A stretch of 64,000 nt of DNA from an uncultured Acidobacteriota bacterium (GCA_963700225.1 CAVOWU010000011.1:758-64757); one strand, 5' to 3'. Counted from the first letter of the stretch, positions 39,520 to 50,530 are shown. Numbers and translations are program-made. The notes: generated by a model from the letters alone, not told the origin.

Positions 39520-41337
39520 ATGTCTGATCGGCAAACCTTCCTGAGCAGTTGGCGCGAGCGCCTTTCCGCTCTGCGCAATGTTCCGCCTGTCCTGAAGATT
39601 GTCTGGCAATCCGGGCGGGGAGTCGTCCTGTTCGGCATCTTGGCGCGTGTTCTTGCCGCCGTCTTACCGCTTGGCCTTACCTACGTCGCCAAGTTGATTA
39701 TCGACATTGTCGCGAACGCATTAAAGACTCAGGCCGTTCCAACGCGGCTCTGGTGGCTGGTGGGGATCGAGTTCAGCCTGGCGGTACTGGGGAGCATCCT
39801 CAGCCGCATGATCGATTACTCTGATTCGCTTCTCGCGAACAAGTACACGCGGCACGTCAGTATTCAGGTTATGAAGCACGCCTCGGAACTGGATCTGACC
39901 GCCTATGAAGACCCGGTCTTTTACGACCGGCTGGAGCGCGCCCGCGTGCAGGCCACCGACAGGCTGGTGATGATTCAGTCCATCGGGCGCCTGGAGTTGC
40001 AGGTGATCACTGCAATTGCGTACTCCGCGGCGGTAATGTTCTATTCGCCTTGGCTGATGCTGTTGTTGGTTCTGGCCGTGGTTCCGGCGTTTCTTGGGGA
40101 GACCCATTTTGCCTTTCTGGGGTATGCCAAGAATTTCCGTCAAACGCCGATCAAGCGTCAGCTCGATTACCTGCGGCAGGCCGGTGCTACGAAGGAAGCA
40201 GCGAAAGAACTCAAGCTTTTCAGCCTGGCAGGATTTTTCACTCAACGCTTCGCGAAGCTTTCCGACATCATTTACGAGCAGGACGTCGAACTGGCTCGAA
40301 AACGCCTTGGCATTGGCTCGATCCTGTCGTTCATCAGTACGGGCGGCTACTACGGCGGCTATGCCTACGTGATCTGGCGGACAGTTGCCGGCAGACTGAC
40401 CATCGGCACCTTTTATTTCCTGATCACCGCCATCATGCAGGCGAGCAGTAATATCCAGCAGGTGTTCTCGACCCTGTCAGGGATCGCCGACCAGGCTCTG
40501 TTCCTGACCGACCTGCTCGCTTTTTTCGAGATGAAGCCGAGCATTCAGTCGAAACCGAACGCGCTGCCGGCTCCGCGGCCGATTCGGCAGGGATTCGAGT
40601 TCCGTGACGTATGCTTTCGCTATCCCGGAAATGGCCGTCTGGTTATCGATCATCTGAATTTCCATCTGCATCCGGGGGAGCGGGTGGCATTGATCGGCGA
40701 GAACGGTCAGGGAAAGACCACGATCGTCAAGCTGATTACGCGATTGTACGATCCGACTGAGGGGCAGATCCTTCTCGACGGAGTGGACCTTCGCCAGTAC
40801 GACCTCGAAGACCTTTATCGCGAGATCGGCGTGATTTTTCAGGATTTCATGCGATACGAAATGACCGCGCGCGAAAATATTGCGGTCGGAAAAATCGAAG
40901 AAGTCGAGGACCTTGCCCGGTTGCAGAACGCCGCGCAAAAGAGCCTGGCCGATGAAGTGATCGCGAGATTGCCGGGAAAGTACGACCAGATGCTAGGCCG
41001 TCGCTTCGAAGGAGGCGTTGATCTTTCAGGAGGCGAGTGGCAGAAGCTCGCTCTGGCCCGCGCCTATCTCCGTAATTCACAACTGCTGATCCTGGACGAG
41101 CCAACAGCTGCGCTCGACGCCCGCAGCGAATCTGAAGTTTTCCAGCGCTTCGCCGAACTTACCAAGGGCAAAATGGCGTTGTTTATTTCACATCGATTCT
41201 CCACCGTTCGCATGGCGGATCGCATCGTAGTGCTCGAAGATGGACGCATCGCCGAAGAGGGAAAGCACGAGGAGTTAACTCATCTTGGTGGCCGATACGC
41301 CGAGATGTTTGAATTGCAAGCTGCCAGTTATCGATAA
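39520..41337 (+). CDS. ABC exporter, fused TMD-NBD (MsbA/NdvA-ChvA architecture)
   Basis: 605 aa with six N-terminal TM helices. Walker A GENGQGKTT, signature LSGGEWQ, Walker B LLILDEPT. The stop lies 9 nt before the glucan-synthase-like gene. Confidence 0.9.
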   Translation: MSDRQTFLSSWRERLSALRNVPPVLKIVWQSGRGVVLFGILARVLAAVLPLGLTYVAKLIIDIVANALKTQAVPTRLWWLVGIEFSLAVLGSILSRMIDYSDSLLANKYTRHVSIQVMKHASELDLTAYEDPVFYDRLERARVQATDRLVMIQSIGRLELQVITAIAYSAAVMFYSPWLMLLLVLAVVPAFLGETHFAFLGYAKNFRQTPIKRQLDYLRQAGATKEAAKELKLFSLAGFFTQRFAKLSDIIYEQDVELARKRLGIGSILSFISTGGYYGGYAYVIWRTVAGRLTIGTFYFLITAIMQASSNIQQVFSTLSGIADQALFLTDLLAFFEMKPSIQSKPNALPAPRPIRQGFEFRDVCFRYPGNGRLVIDHLNFHLHPGERVALIGENGQGKTTIVKLITRLYDPTEGQILLDGVDLRQYDLEDLYREIGVIFQDFMRYEMTARENIAVGKIEEVEDLARLQNAAQKSLADEVIARLPGKYDQMLGRRFEGGVDLSGGEWQKLALARAYLRNSQLLILDEPTAALDARSESEVFQRFAELTKGKMALFISHRFSTVRMADRIVVLEDGRIAEEGKHEELTHLGGRYAEMFELQAASYR

Positions 41338-41346
41338 AGGGACCCC

Positions 41347-44300
41347 ATGCCGCTCAACACTCACGATAAACCCGTCATCGCCGAAGTCATACGAACCCAG
41401 GCTTCGGCGGGCGAACCGACGGAATTCGACGCTCTTCAATCCAACGCCGAGCGCCTTGCCTCGCAGTTGGCTTGGCTGCCGCGCGTTCCCTCGTCCAATA
41501 TTTTTGCCCGGCGATCTCGGGAGGTAAGAAGCAAGCTTTTTCCCGTTCTCGCCGCTGTGGACGCCTCTTTTGCCAAGGGTTCCCTGACCGACGACGCGCG
41601 CTGGCTTCGCGACAATTCTTCGCTCCTCTACTCCGAACTGGGCACGGTCCAAGGCGATCTCAAGCTGCTCCGCAATCTCCCGCACGTCCGTAGCTGCAAC
41701 AGCTGAGGTTCTACCCAGAATTCTTGCCTTCGCTCAGGGATACTTCCGCGAAACTTCCTATCATTTTCAAGATCAGACTTTTATTTCGTTCTGCCGAGGC
41801 TATCAGCGAGCGACGCCTCTGGAACTGCGGGAATTCACGGTCTTGAGTGCTGGACTGAAGTTGGTTCTACTCGAAGAAATTGCGGCGCGCGGGGGCAACG
41901 CGGTTGATAATCCTGAGGCGCCATCGCCCGAAGTCGGCGTCTGCATTCAGAGCCTGCGCGAAGTCAGCCAGACTTCCTGGAACGAATTCCTCGAACCAGT
42001 GATTCTCTTTGGCGATGTTCTGCGCCGCGATCCAGTGGACGCGTACGCTTCAATGGATCCAGACAGCCGTCACATGTATCGCAAAAAAGTAGCGGCCCTG
42101 GCGGCGCAGTCGGACTTCACGGAAATCCAGGTGGCGCAAGAAGCGCTGCTCCTCGCTCAGCAGGCTCATGCCCGCATCTACCGCGATCCACGCGTTGCCC
42201 GGCGTGAATCGCACATTGGCTATTACCTCGTCGGCGAGGGCCGTGAAGTGCTCTCACAACGCATCGGTCGCCGGCTGAATCCACTGCAGCAACTTCGCGC
42301 CTGGATGTGGCGCCATCCCGATGAATTCTTCCTCCCCGGGATAGCAATTCTCACGCTCTCCATCATTACCGCGACTCTCTTGTACGTGACCACGCGCGAC
42401 AGCTCGCCGCTGCTCGTTCTGTTCGCGATGCTGCTATTTCTGTTCCCCGGCTCCCAGTGCGCCATTCAGGTCATCGACACCATCATCACCGAGTTGCTTC
42501 CGGCTGAAATCCTTCCGAAACTGGACTACTCGAAAGGCCTTCCCGCCGACTGTTTAACTTTGGTCGCTGTTCCCACGCTTTTGCTGAATGAAAAGCAGGT
42601 CCACGGATTGATCGAGGACCTCGAAGTCCGCTTCCTGGGGAATCACGATTCGAATATTCACTTTGCGTTGCTGTCCGACCTGGCGGATTCAGACCACCGT
42701 GCCAGCGAAGAAAATCCGCTGATCGAGCTGTGTTCGTCGCTCATCCAGGAACTGAACCAGAAATACGCGGCTGAAAAGAAGGGGTCGTTCCTCTTGCTGC
42801 ACCGCCATCGAATCTACAACCCGCGCGAGAAAGGCTGGATGGGTTGGGAGCGTAAACGGGGCAAGCTGCTTGACCTCAACAAATATCTTCGTGGGGAATA
42901 CGACAGTTTTCCGATCAAAGTTGGCGATCTCTCGATTCTTCCGAAGGTGCGTTTCGTCATCACCCTCGATTCCGACACGGAACTTCCACGGGGATCGGCG
43001 CACCGCATGGTCGGAGCGCTGGCGCACCCGCTGAATCAGGCGATCATCGATCCGCAAAAGAACATCGTCGTGGCCGGATACGGCATCCTGCAGCCGCGGG
43101 TCGGAGTGAGCGTGCTGAGCACCGTCCGATCGCGCCTGGCGGCAATCTATGCGGGTCAAACAGGACTCGACATCTACACCCGGGCCGTCTCCGACGCTTA
43201 TCAGGATTTGTATGGCGAAGGCAGCTTCACAGGCAAGGGAATTTACGAGGTCGATACGGTCCACCGCGTTCTCGACCAGCGCTTCCCCCGCAATGCGCTG
43301 CTCAGCCACGATCTGATCGAGGGAGCTTACGCGCGCGCCGGTTTGGCCAGCGACATTGAAGTCATCGAGGACTACCCGTCCCACTACAGCGCCTACAACC
43401 GGCGCAAGCACCGTTGGTTGCGCGGCGACTGGCAGATTGCCGGATGGCTTCTTTCCGACGTGCCGGATGAAGCCGGTGCCCGGGTTGCCAATCCCATCTC
43501 GCTGATTTCGCGCTGGAAGATCTTCGACAACCTGCGCCGCAGCTTGGTCGAGCCGGGTACTTTCCTGCTTCTCGTTTTCGGCTGGCTCGCCCCAGGCGTC
43601 CGTCCGGTTCGCTGGACTCTCGCCACGGTCTTCCTGTTGTTCCTCCCTGCCGTGTTTCAGGTGATTTTCGGCGTCGTGAAGGCGATCTTCGAGGACAAAC
43701 TTACCGTCGCACGTGATGCCGTGCATGCATTCCTCACCACCATCATCACCTCGACGCTCACCTTAATTTTCCTTGCGCACCAGACGCTGTTGTCGCTCGA
43801 CGCAGTTGTCCGCGCGATCGTTCGAAAGTCCTTTACCCGCGAGCGCCTGCTGGAATGGGAAACTGCTGCCGAAGCCGAACTCGCCACGCGCCTGGGGCCT
43901 GCGGATCGTTACCTGAACTGGATTCCCGTTCTGTCCCTCGTTGTCGGTGCTCTGGTGTGGTGGATACACCCGAGTTCGCTGGAAGTCGCGCTGCCCATTC
44001 TGCTGTTGTGGGCCTCGAGTAAGCTTGTTTCTATTTGGCTGAATCGCCCCACCGGCGTTCCGCGCAAGGAATTGCCGCGCAAGGAATTGCTCTTCCTTCG
44101 TAGTTCGGCACTGCACACTTGGCGCTACTACGCTGAATTCTGCACCGAAGAGCATCACTGGCTGATTCCGGACAATGTGCAGGAAGAGCCGCCCGCAGTC
44201 GCAGCCCGTGTCTCGCCAACCAATCTCGGACTCCTCCTGAACGCGCAGCAGGTGGCTTGCGAGTTCGGCTATCTGACCGTTCCAGAAATGGCGGTGCAAA

Positions 44301-45827
44301 CGCAGCGGACTTTGGCCACGCTCTCCCGTATTCCCAAACATCATGGCCACATTCTGAACTGGTACGACACCCGTACCCTTGAACCCCTTACGCCGCGCTT
44401 CATTTCTTCCGTCGACAGCGGCAATCTCGTGGCTTCTTTATGGACGCTGCAGCAAGGGTTGCTGGCTCGGATCAAGCAGCCTCTCTTGCAAACCAGCTTG
44501 GCCGAGGGACTCCTCGATTGTCTTCGTGCGCTGGTTGATCTGAAAGCTTTTCCCGCGCAAGCATCTCGCTCGCTGTGAACAAGAGCTCAAGACCGACAAG
44601 TGGTTCACAGCGCTTCTCACTTTGTTCGAAGCTGGAGACGATGAAAAGCCCTCCTCAGTCAAACCGCGCGAAGCTGCTGAGATTGAGTGGTTCGAGCGCC
44701 AGACCCGCGCCCGCATTCAAAGCATTCAGGACGTGGTGCGCTCCTACGTGCCGTGGGAATTGCCAGAGTTCGCTTCGGTACGCAACGACATCAATGTCGG
44801 ACCCGAGCTCGAAGAAAATCCATCGCTCCGCCAGTTACCGATCTTCATTGACGACCTGCACGCCCGCTTGGATCGCTCGCTGCCCTCCATTGCGAGAGGA
44901 GACCGGGGTCTTTACGAGAATCTGCAGGCCATGCTGCCGCAGGCTCGCGCCAACGCGCTCCGGCTTATCGAGACGCTTCGCAGCATCGCTTCTGAAGCGG
45001 GAGATCTCGCCGAGGCAATGGACTTTGCTTTCCTGTTGAATCCGCGCCGCAAACTGATGTCGGTGGGCTTCAACGTCGAAACCCAGAAGCTCGAGCCAGC
45101 CTGTTACGACTTGCTCGCAACCGAATCCCGCACCGCTGTTTTCGCTGCGGTTGCCAAGGAAGATATTTTGCAGGAATCCTGGTTCCGGATGGGCCGCACG
45201 CACACCTTGGCCAACGGCAACCCAGTTCTACGCTCCTGGACCGGCACAATGTTTGAGTACCTGATGCCCATGTTGTGGATGCGCTCCTACGCCAACACGC
45301 TGCTCGATCGCAGCCGCATCGCCGTGGTGGATTTCCAGCAAACCTACGGCAACCGCAAGGGCGTGCCCTGGGGAATTTCAGAGTCGGCGTACTACAAGTT
45401 GGATGAAGCCGGGAACTACCAGTACCACGCGTTCGGAGTTCCCCAACTCGCCATGATGAAAGGCGAACTCAATCTGCTGGTGATCTCGCCCTATTCCACT
45501 TTCCTCGGCCTGACCGTCAACGCGACGGAGGCCCTGCGCAATCTCCATCGCATGGAACGCCTCGGATGGTTCGGTCCTTACGGATTTTACGAAGCCGTGG
45601 ACTTTGGCCCTGCCGACAAAGTGCTGCGTTCTGGCCAGATCGTCCGATCCTGGATGGCTCATCATCAGGGCATGAGCATCCTCGCACTGGCCAATTTCCT
45701 TTGCGACAACGTCGTGCAGCGCTGGTTCCACAGCAATCGCCGCGTGCAGGCAACGGAATTGCTGCTGCATGAAAAGCCGATCTCTCACGTTCCCAAAACC
45801 CGGCTGCCACGCGCCAATGCCGCGTGA
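41347..45827 (+). pseudogene. Cyclic beta-1,2-glucan synthase (Cgs/NdvB)-like gene with GT84 and cyclization domains but no GH94 domain; interrupted by two frameshifts
   Basis: Three consecutive ORFs in frames 1, 2 and 0 (41347..41706, 41843..44578, 44622..45827). N-terminal WLRDN..LPHV / LPRILAFAQGY. GT84 motifs LDSDTELP, QPRVGVS, LLSHDLIEGAYAR, HRWLRGDWQI. Cyclization-domain motifs SPTNLGLLL, GHILNWYDT, SVDSGNL, YDLLATESR, SWTGTMFEYLMP, PWGISESAYY, MAHHQGMS, LLLHEKP. Confidence 0.8.
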
Positions 45828-45974
45828 CGCAAGGGGAAAGCCGTCGTAAGTTGGTTCTAGTGTGTCCCTCGGCGCCCCTGTGGCGAGAGCTCTTCGATTC
45901 TGCCCGCGATGTATACTCTGACTTTTCATTTTGTAAGATTTTGACTTCATTGATTTCAATTCAGGAGACCCTCC

Positions 45975-46733
45975 ATGCAGAGCCGCATTACCGGCACGAC
46001 CATGCCCGTTCTGGAATTCGTTCTCGATCCCAACGACTCCATCATCTCTGAAGCCGGAGAGCTCTCCTGGATGGGCAGCTCGATCCAGATGACGACTCAT
46101 ACCCAGTTCGCAGGCGGGGGTGGCTTGTTCGGCGTGCTCAAGCGCGTGGCGGGCGGCGGATCGATCTTCATGACGGAATATCGCGCCTTCGGAGCCGCCG
46201 GAGAACTCGCCTTCGCTACCAAGCTCCCGGGGCACATCGTTCCCGTCGAGGTTTCGCCCGGCCACGAGTACATGATTCATCGCCACGGCTTCCTTTGCGC
46301 CACTCCACAGATTCAGATCAGCGTTGCCTTTCAGCAATCGCTGGGCGCTGGAATCTTCGGCGGCGACGGCTTCCTTCTGCAAAAGCTCAGCGGACAGGGT
46401 ACGGCATGGCTCGAACTTTCCGGTGAACTTGTTGTCCGCGATCTTCAGCCCGGAGAAACATTGCGCGTACATCCCGGCCACGTCGGTGCGTTTCAAGCCA
46501 GCGTCGCTTTCCAGATCACGACCGTCCCTGGCATCAAGAACATGATCTTCGGCGGCGATGGAATCTTCCTTGCCTCTCTCACCGGCCCGGGGAGAGTCTG
46601 GCTGCAGACTCTCCCCATCGCCAAGCTCGCCCACGCCATCGAGCGCTACATTCCCCGTGAAGCCACGCGACGCACAGTAGAAGGCGGCGTAGTCGGCGGA
46701 ATCGTAGGGTCGATCCTCGACAACATGAAGTGA
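45975..46733 (+). CDS. TIGR00266 / AIM24 (DUF124) family protein
   Basis: 252 aa preceded by an AGGAGA RBS. GELSWM..., GGGSIFMTEY, GDGFLLQKLSG.G.AWLELSGE and GGDGIFLASLTGPGRVWLQTLP are typical of the family. Confidence 0.8.
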   Translation: MQSRITGTTMPVLEFVLDPNDSIISEAGELSWMGSSIQMTTHTQFAGGGGLFGVLKRVAGGGSIFMTEYRAFGAAGELAFATKLPGHIVPVEVSPGHEYMIHRHGFLCATPQIQISVAFQQSLGAGIFGGDGFLLQKLSGQGTAWLELSGELVVRDLQPGETLRVHPGHVGAFQASVAFQITTVPGIKNMIFGGDGIFLASLTGPGRVWLQTLPIAKLAHAIERYIPREATRRTVEGGVVGGIVGSILDNMK

Positions 46734-46874
46734 GGAGGAAGCGGGTCCTTCTGGGAAACCTCTGTGTCCCTTGTGGTGAGGGTTTTGAAGTGGTCTGCAC
46801 CAAAGTAATGCGTCGGTGATCCTGCGACCCTCAATCCGTCCCTGCCCTTCGGTTAAACTAAGACCAGTCTCCCA

Positions 46875-47681
46875 ATGATTAACGGCAAACGCATCGCGGT
46901 CGTCATGCCCGCCTACAACGCGGCCAAGACTTTGGAAGCCACCGTCGCTGAAGTCCCCGAGCTCGTCGACGTCTGCATCCTCGTCGATGACAACAGCAGC
47001 GACCAGACGGTCGAAGTAGCCCGCCGTCTGGGCTTGCACGTCTTCCAGCACGACCGCAACTACGGCTATGGCCGCAACCAGCAGACTTGCTACCGCGAAG
47101 CTTTGGCGGCCGGCGCTGACGTCGTCATCATGCTTCACCCCGACTACCAGTACACGCCGCTGCTCATCACGGCGATGGCGAGCATGGTCGCCTATGATGT
47201 CTACGATGTCGTCCTCGGCTCGCGCATCATCGGCGGCCGCGCCTTGCTCGGCGGCATGCCTTTGTACAAATACGTCTCCAACCGCGCTCTGACTGCATTT
47301 GAGAATCTGTTCCTCGGCGTCAAGCTCTCCGAATATCACACCGGATACCGCGCCTTCAGCCGCAAGGTGCTGACCGAGCTGCCGCTGCTCGAAGATTCCG
47401 ACGACTTTGTTTTCGATAACCAGATGCTGGCGCAGTGCGTTCATTTCGGGTTTCGTATCGGCGAAGTCTCGTGCCCGACGAAATATTTCAAGGAAGCTTC
47501 GTCAATCAATTTTCGCCGCAGCGTGAAATATGGCTTCGGCGTGCTGGCGACGACCCTGCAATTTGCGCTTCAGAAGACGGGGTTCATCCACCTGGCCCGC
47601 TTCAGCGACATCGGACGCAAACTTGAAGCCGGGCGCGAAACCTACTACGCTCCTCGCACGGAATCCGGACACACCGCTTAG
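46875..47681 (+). CDS. GT2-family glycosyltransferase (polyprenyl-phosphate sugar synthase-like)
   Basis: [23 protein letters not shown], and [16 protein letters not shown] with a DxD-like motif. Soluble GT-A fold. Confidence 0.88.
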   Translation: MINGKRIAVVMPAYNAAKTLEATVAEVPELVDVCILVDDNSSDQTVEVARRLGLHVFQHDRNYGYGRNQQTCYREALAAGADVVIMLHPDYQYTPLLITAMASMVAYDVYDVVLGSRIIGGRALLGGMPLYKYVSNRALTAFENLFLGVKLSEYHTGYRAFSRKVLTELPLLEDSDDFVFDNQMLAQCVHFGFRIGEVSCPTKYFKEASSINFRRSVKYGFGVLATTLQFALQKTGFIHLARFSDIGRKLEAGRETYYAPRTESGHTA

Positions 47682-47704
47682 CGTCTCCGGCGTTCCCGAC
47701 TGGA

Positions 47705-49242
47705 ATGCAAGTAAGCCCAAACTCTTCCGCACAACCAAACGGCCGTGGGGACTTTTCTGCCCGCAATCTGTTTGCTCTCGCCTGTCTGACCGCGTTCGCG
47801 TTCCTGGTGATGGGCTACCATCCTGGCCTCGAGGATGATTCTTTCTACCTCGCCGCTATCAAGCGCGATCTGAACCCAGCTCTCTTCCCGCACGATTCCG
47901 ATTTCTTCCGCCTGCAATTTCAGGCGACCATCTTCGATAAACTCATCGCTTTTTCAGCGCGCCTGACTCATTTGCCAGTCACGTGGATCGTGCTCTTATG
48001 GCAGGTTGCCGCGATCTTTTTTCTTCTTCACGGGTGCTGGCGGATTGCCCGCCGCTGCTTCGCGGCTCCCGAGGCGCATTGGGCGACAACCACTTTGATT
48101 GCCGCGATCCTGACTCTTCCGCTGCCCGGGATCGCCATCAATCTTGCCGATCAGTACCTTCACCCGCGAACTCTGGCGACGGCGTTAGTCCTGGCGTGCG
48201 ATCGTTGCGATCGTCGATCGGCGGCCGTGGCTCGCCGGACTCCTGCTGGCAATCGCCTTTTCGATTCACGCCATCATGGCCAGCTTCGGGATTTCTTTCT
48301 GCGTGTTCTTGTGGTGGTCGTTGGGAGAGAACAGGCGGAAATCAACAGTGCCCATTACCGCCGCTCTCGTTCCGTTGGGTTGGCTCTTCGAGCCCGCCTC
48401 CGATGCCTGGCGCCAAGCCGCAGCAACCCGCGGATTTTATTTCCTCACGCGCTGGCACTGGTATGAATGGTTGGGAGTCTTTGCTCCTCTAGCGCTGCTG
48501 TTTGCGGTTCGCCGATTCCTGCAAGCCCGCCGGGACGCGAGCGACAACTCTGCGCTGCTCCCGCTGACATCGAGCTTGATCTATTACGGCGTATTCCAGA
48601 TGATCGTCGGCCTCGCGATCATGCTTCCGCCAGGTCTCGAACGCCTTCGGCCCTTCGAGCCCATGCGCTACCTGCATCTGCTCTATCTTTTATTTTTCCT
48701 GATCGTCGGTGGACTGCTCGGCCGCTACGTACTTCATAGAAGTTTCTATCGCTGGCTCCTGCTTTTCGTTCCGCTCGCCGCCGGCATGCTTTATGCGCAG
48801 CGCCAAATGTATCCTGCGTCGACGCACCTCGAGATGCCTTGGGTGGCGCCCAGCAATCCCTGGCTGCAAGCCTTCACTTGGATCCGCGCCAACACTCCGA
48901 CAGACGCGCTCTTCGCGCTCGATCCGCACTACGAGTCGCTTCCTGCCGAGGACGCTCACGGATTCCGCGCTCTCGCCGAGCGCAGCGCCCTCGCCGACTA
49001 CGAGAAAGACGGAGGCATGGCCGCCCGCGTCCCGCGCCTTGCGCCGCGCTGGCTCAACGAAGTCACGGCGGTCAATGGTTGGAAAAATTTCCGGCCCGCA
49101 GATTTTGCTCGCTTGAAGAAAGATCTCGGCTGTGACGTGGGTCGTCTTGTCGCGTGCAGACGCCCAATTCTCAGTTGCGCAGCCAGAAGGCATGACTTGT
49201 CCCTACGCCAACGGTCAAGTGCGAGTCTGCCGGTTATACTGA
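47705..49242 (+). pseudogene. Polytopic membrane protein (GT-C-like), interrupted by two frameshifts
   Basis: Frame 2 (47705..) reads ...TLATALVLA. Frame 0, open only from 48189, continues AIVAIVDRRPWLAGLLLAIAFSIHAIMASFG.... Frame 1, open from 49117, supplies a natural C-terminus VTWVVLSRADAQFSVAQPEGMTCPYANGQVRVCRLY* ending at 49242. Confidence 0.65.
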
Positions 49243-49270
49243 AGTTCCAGCGAGCCATTTTCAACCACGA

Positions 49271-50530
49271 ATGCCGACTCCTCCATCCCCCTCAACCCGC
49301 ACCCAGCCTTATGTCTGGATGGTGCTAGTCGCCCTCGCGATCCGTCTCGCCGTCATTCCCTTCGTCTATCGCGACTGGTTGGATCCGTTCGTCCTGGAGC
49401 ACTGGGCCTTCGGTTTGATTGCGCGCTCGATTGCTTCGGGTCATGGCTTCGGCGGTCCGTTCGCGCCCACCGGCGCATCGGCATTGCTGCCGCCCGTGTA
49501 CTCGTATCTCCTCGCCGGAATCTTCAGGATCTTCGGGATCGAAACCAAAGCTTCCATCCTCGCGGCCTTGTCGTTGAACAGCGTCTTCTCAGCGCTTACC
49601 TGCATTCCAGTGTTTCTTCTGGCGAAGCAGGCCTTCGGAGATCGCGTCGCAAAATGGGCTGGCTGGGGATGGGCCTTCTCGCCCTATGGCATCTATTACG
49701 GAGCAGACTGGGCGTGGTCAACGTGCCTCGTCACGCTCGAACTCGCTTGCCTGTTTCTCTGGGCTTGGCGTCTCGAGAATTCAACGCGCACGCGCGACTG
49801 GATCCTCTTCGGCCTTTTCGGCGGCGTCGCCGCGCTGACCGAACCAGTCATCTTGTCGGTAGTGCCGCTGCTGGGCCTATGGACTCTCTATCGCCGGTAT
49901 CGCATGAACCGCCCGTGGAAGGCGCCAATGGCCGCGGCCGCGTTCGCCGCTCTGGCGGTGATGTCTCCGTGGTTCGTCCGCAACTACGAACTCTTCCACA
50001 AATTTATTCCCGTTCGCAGCGGCTTCGGCCTCGAACTGTATATCGGCAACAATGGTTATTCCCAGCGCTGGGTCAACAGCAGCCTGCATCCCAACCATAG
50101 CGAAGCCGAGCTTTCGGAATACGAGCGCGTGGGCGAGATCGCCTACATGGATCACAAGTTGCAGCAGGGCAAGGTCTACATTCGTGCGCACCCGGTGTGG
50201 TTTCTGTGGATGACCGGCCGGCGCATCCTCTACATGTGGACTGGTTACTGGAGCTTCGATCGAGCCTACTTGAAAGATGAGCCGCTCGATCCCCCAAACA
50301 TATTTCTCGACACGACCATGACTTTACTCGGTCTGTTCGGACTATGGCGTCTCTTCAACCGCGATTCCGCGTTGGCAGTTCGCTTCGCCATCATCCTTCT
50401 CGTTTTTCCTTTGCCATATTACATTTCGCATCCGGAGACGTATTACTTCCGCCCCGTCGATCCGTTGATCGTGATTCTTGCGGCACTCGCGCTCGCAGGC
50501 GGAATAAGGCGGCAAGAAGTGCCAGCCTAG
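49271..50530 (+). CDS. GT-C fold membrane glycosyltransferase (ArnT/PMT, GT39/GT83-like)
   Basis: 419 aa with about 10 TM helices. The N-terminal loop DWLDPFVLEHWAFG..GHGF, LPPVYSYLLAG and the overall pattern are typical of the PMT_2 family. Confidence 0.8.
   Translation: MPTPPSPSTRTQPYVWMVLVALAIRLAVIPFVYRDWLDPFVLEHWAFGLIARSIASGHGFGGPFAPTGASALLPPVYSYLLAGIFRIFGIETKASILAALSLNSVFSALTCIPVFLLAKQAFGDRVAKWAGWGWAFSPYGIYYGADWAWSTCLVTLELACLFLWAWRLENSTRTRDWILFGLFGGVAALTEPVILSVVPLLGLWTLYRRYRMNRPWKAPMAAAAFAALAVMSPWFVRNYELFHKFIPVRSGFGLELYIGNNGYSQRWVNSSLHPNHSEAELSEYERVGEIAYMDHKLQQGKVYIRAHPVWFLWMTGRRILYMWTGYWSFDRAYLKDEPLDPPNIFLDTTMTLLGLFGLWRLFNRDSALAVRFAIILLVFPLPYYISHPETYYFRPVDPLIVILAALALAGGIRRQEVPA

Noticed and set aside
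42689-43726. 345-aa minus-strand ORF inside the Cgs-like gene
   Set aside because: It is antisense to the GT84 region, whose plus-strand motifs are unambiguous. This is a shadow ORF.
45378-47444. 688-aa minus-strand ORF, the longest unassigned ORF in the track
   Set aside because: It lies antisense to three well-supported plus-strand genes (end of the Cgs-like gene, AIM24-like, GT2). Its Asp/Val/Ala/Gly/Arg-rich composition is typical of shadow ORFs in GC-rich DNA, and it has no recognisable domain.
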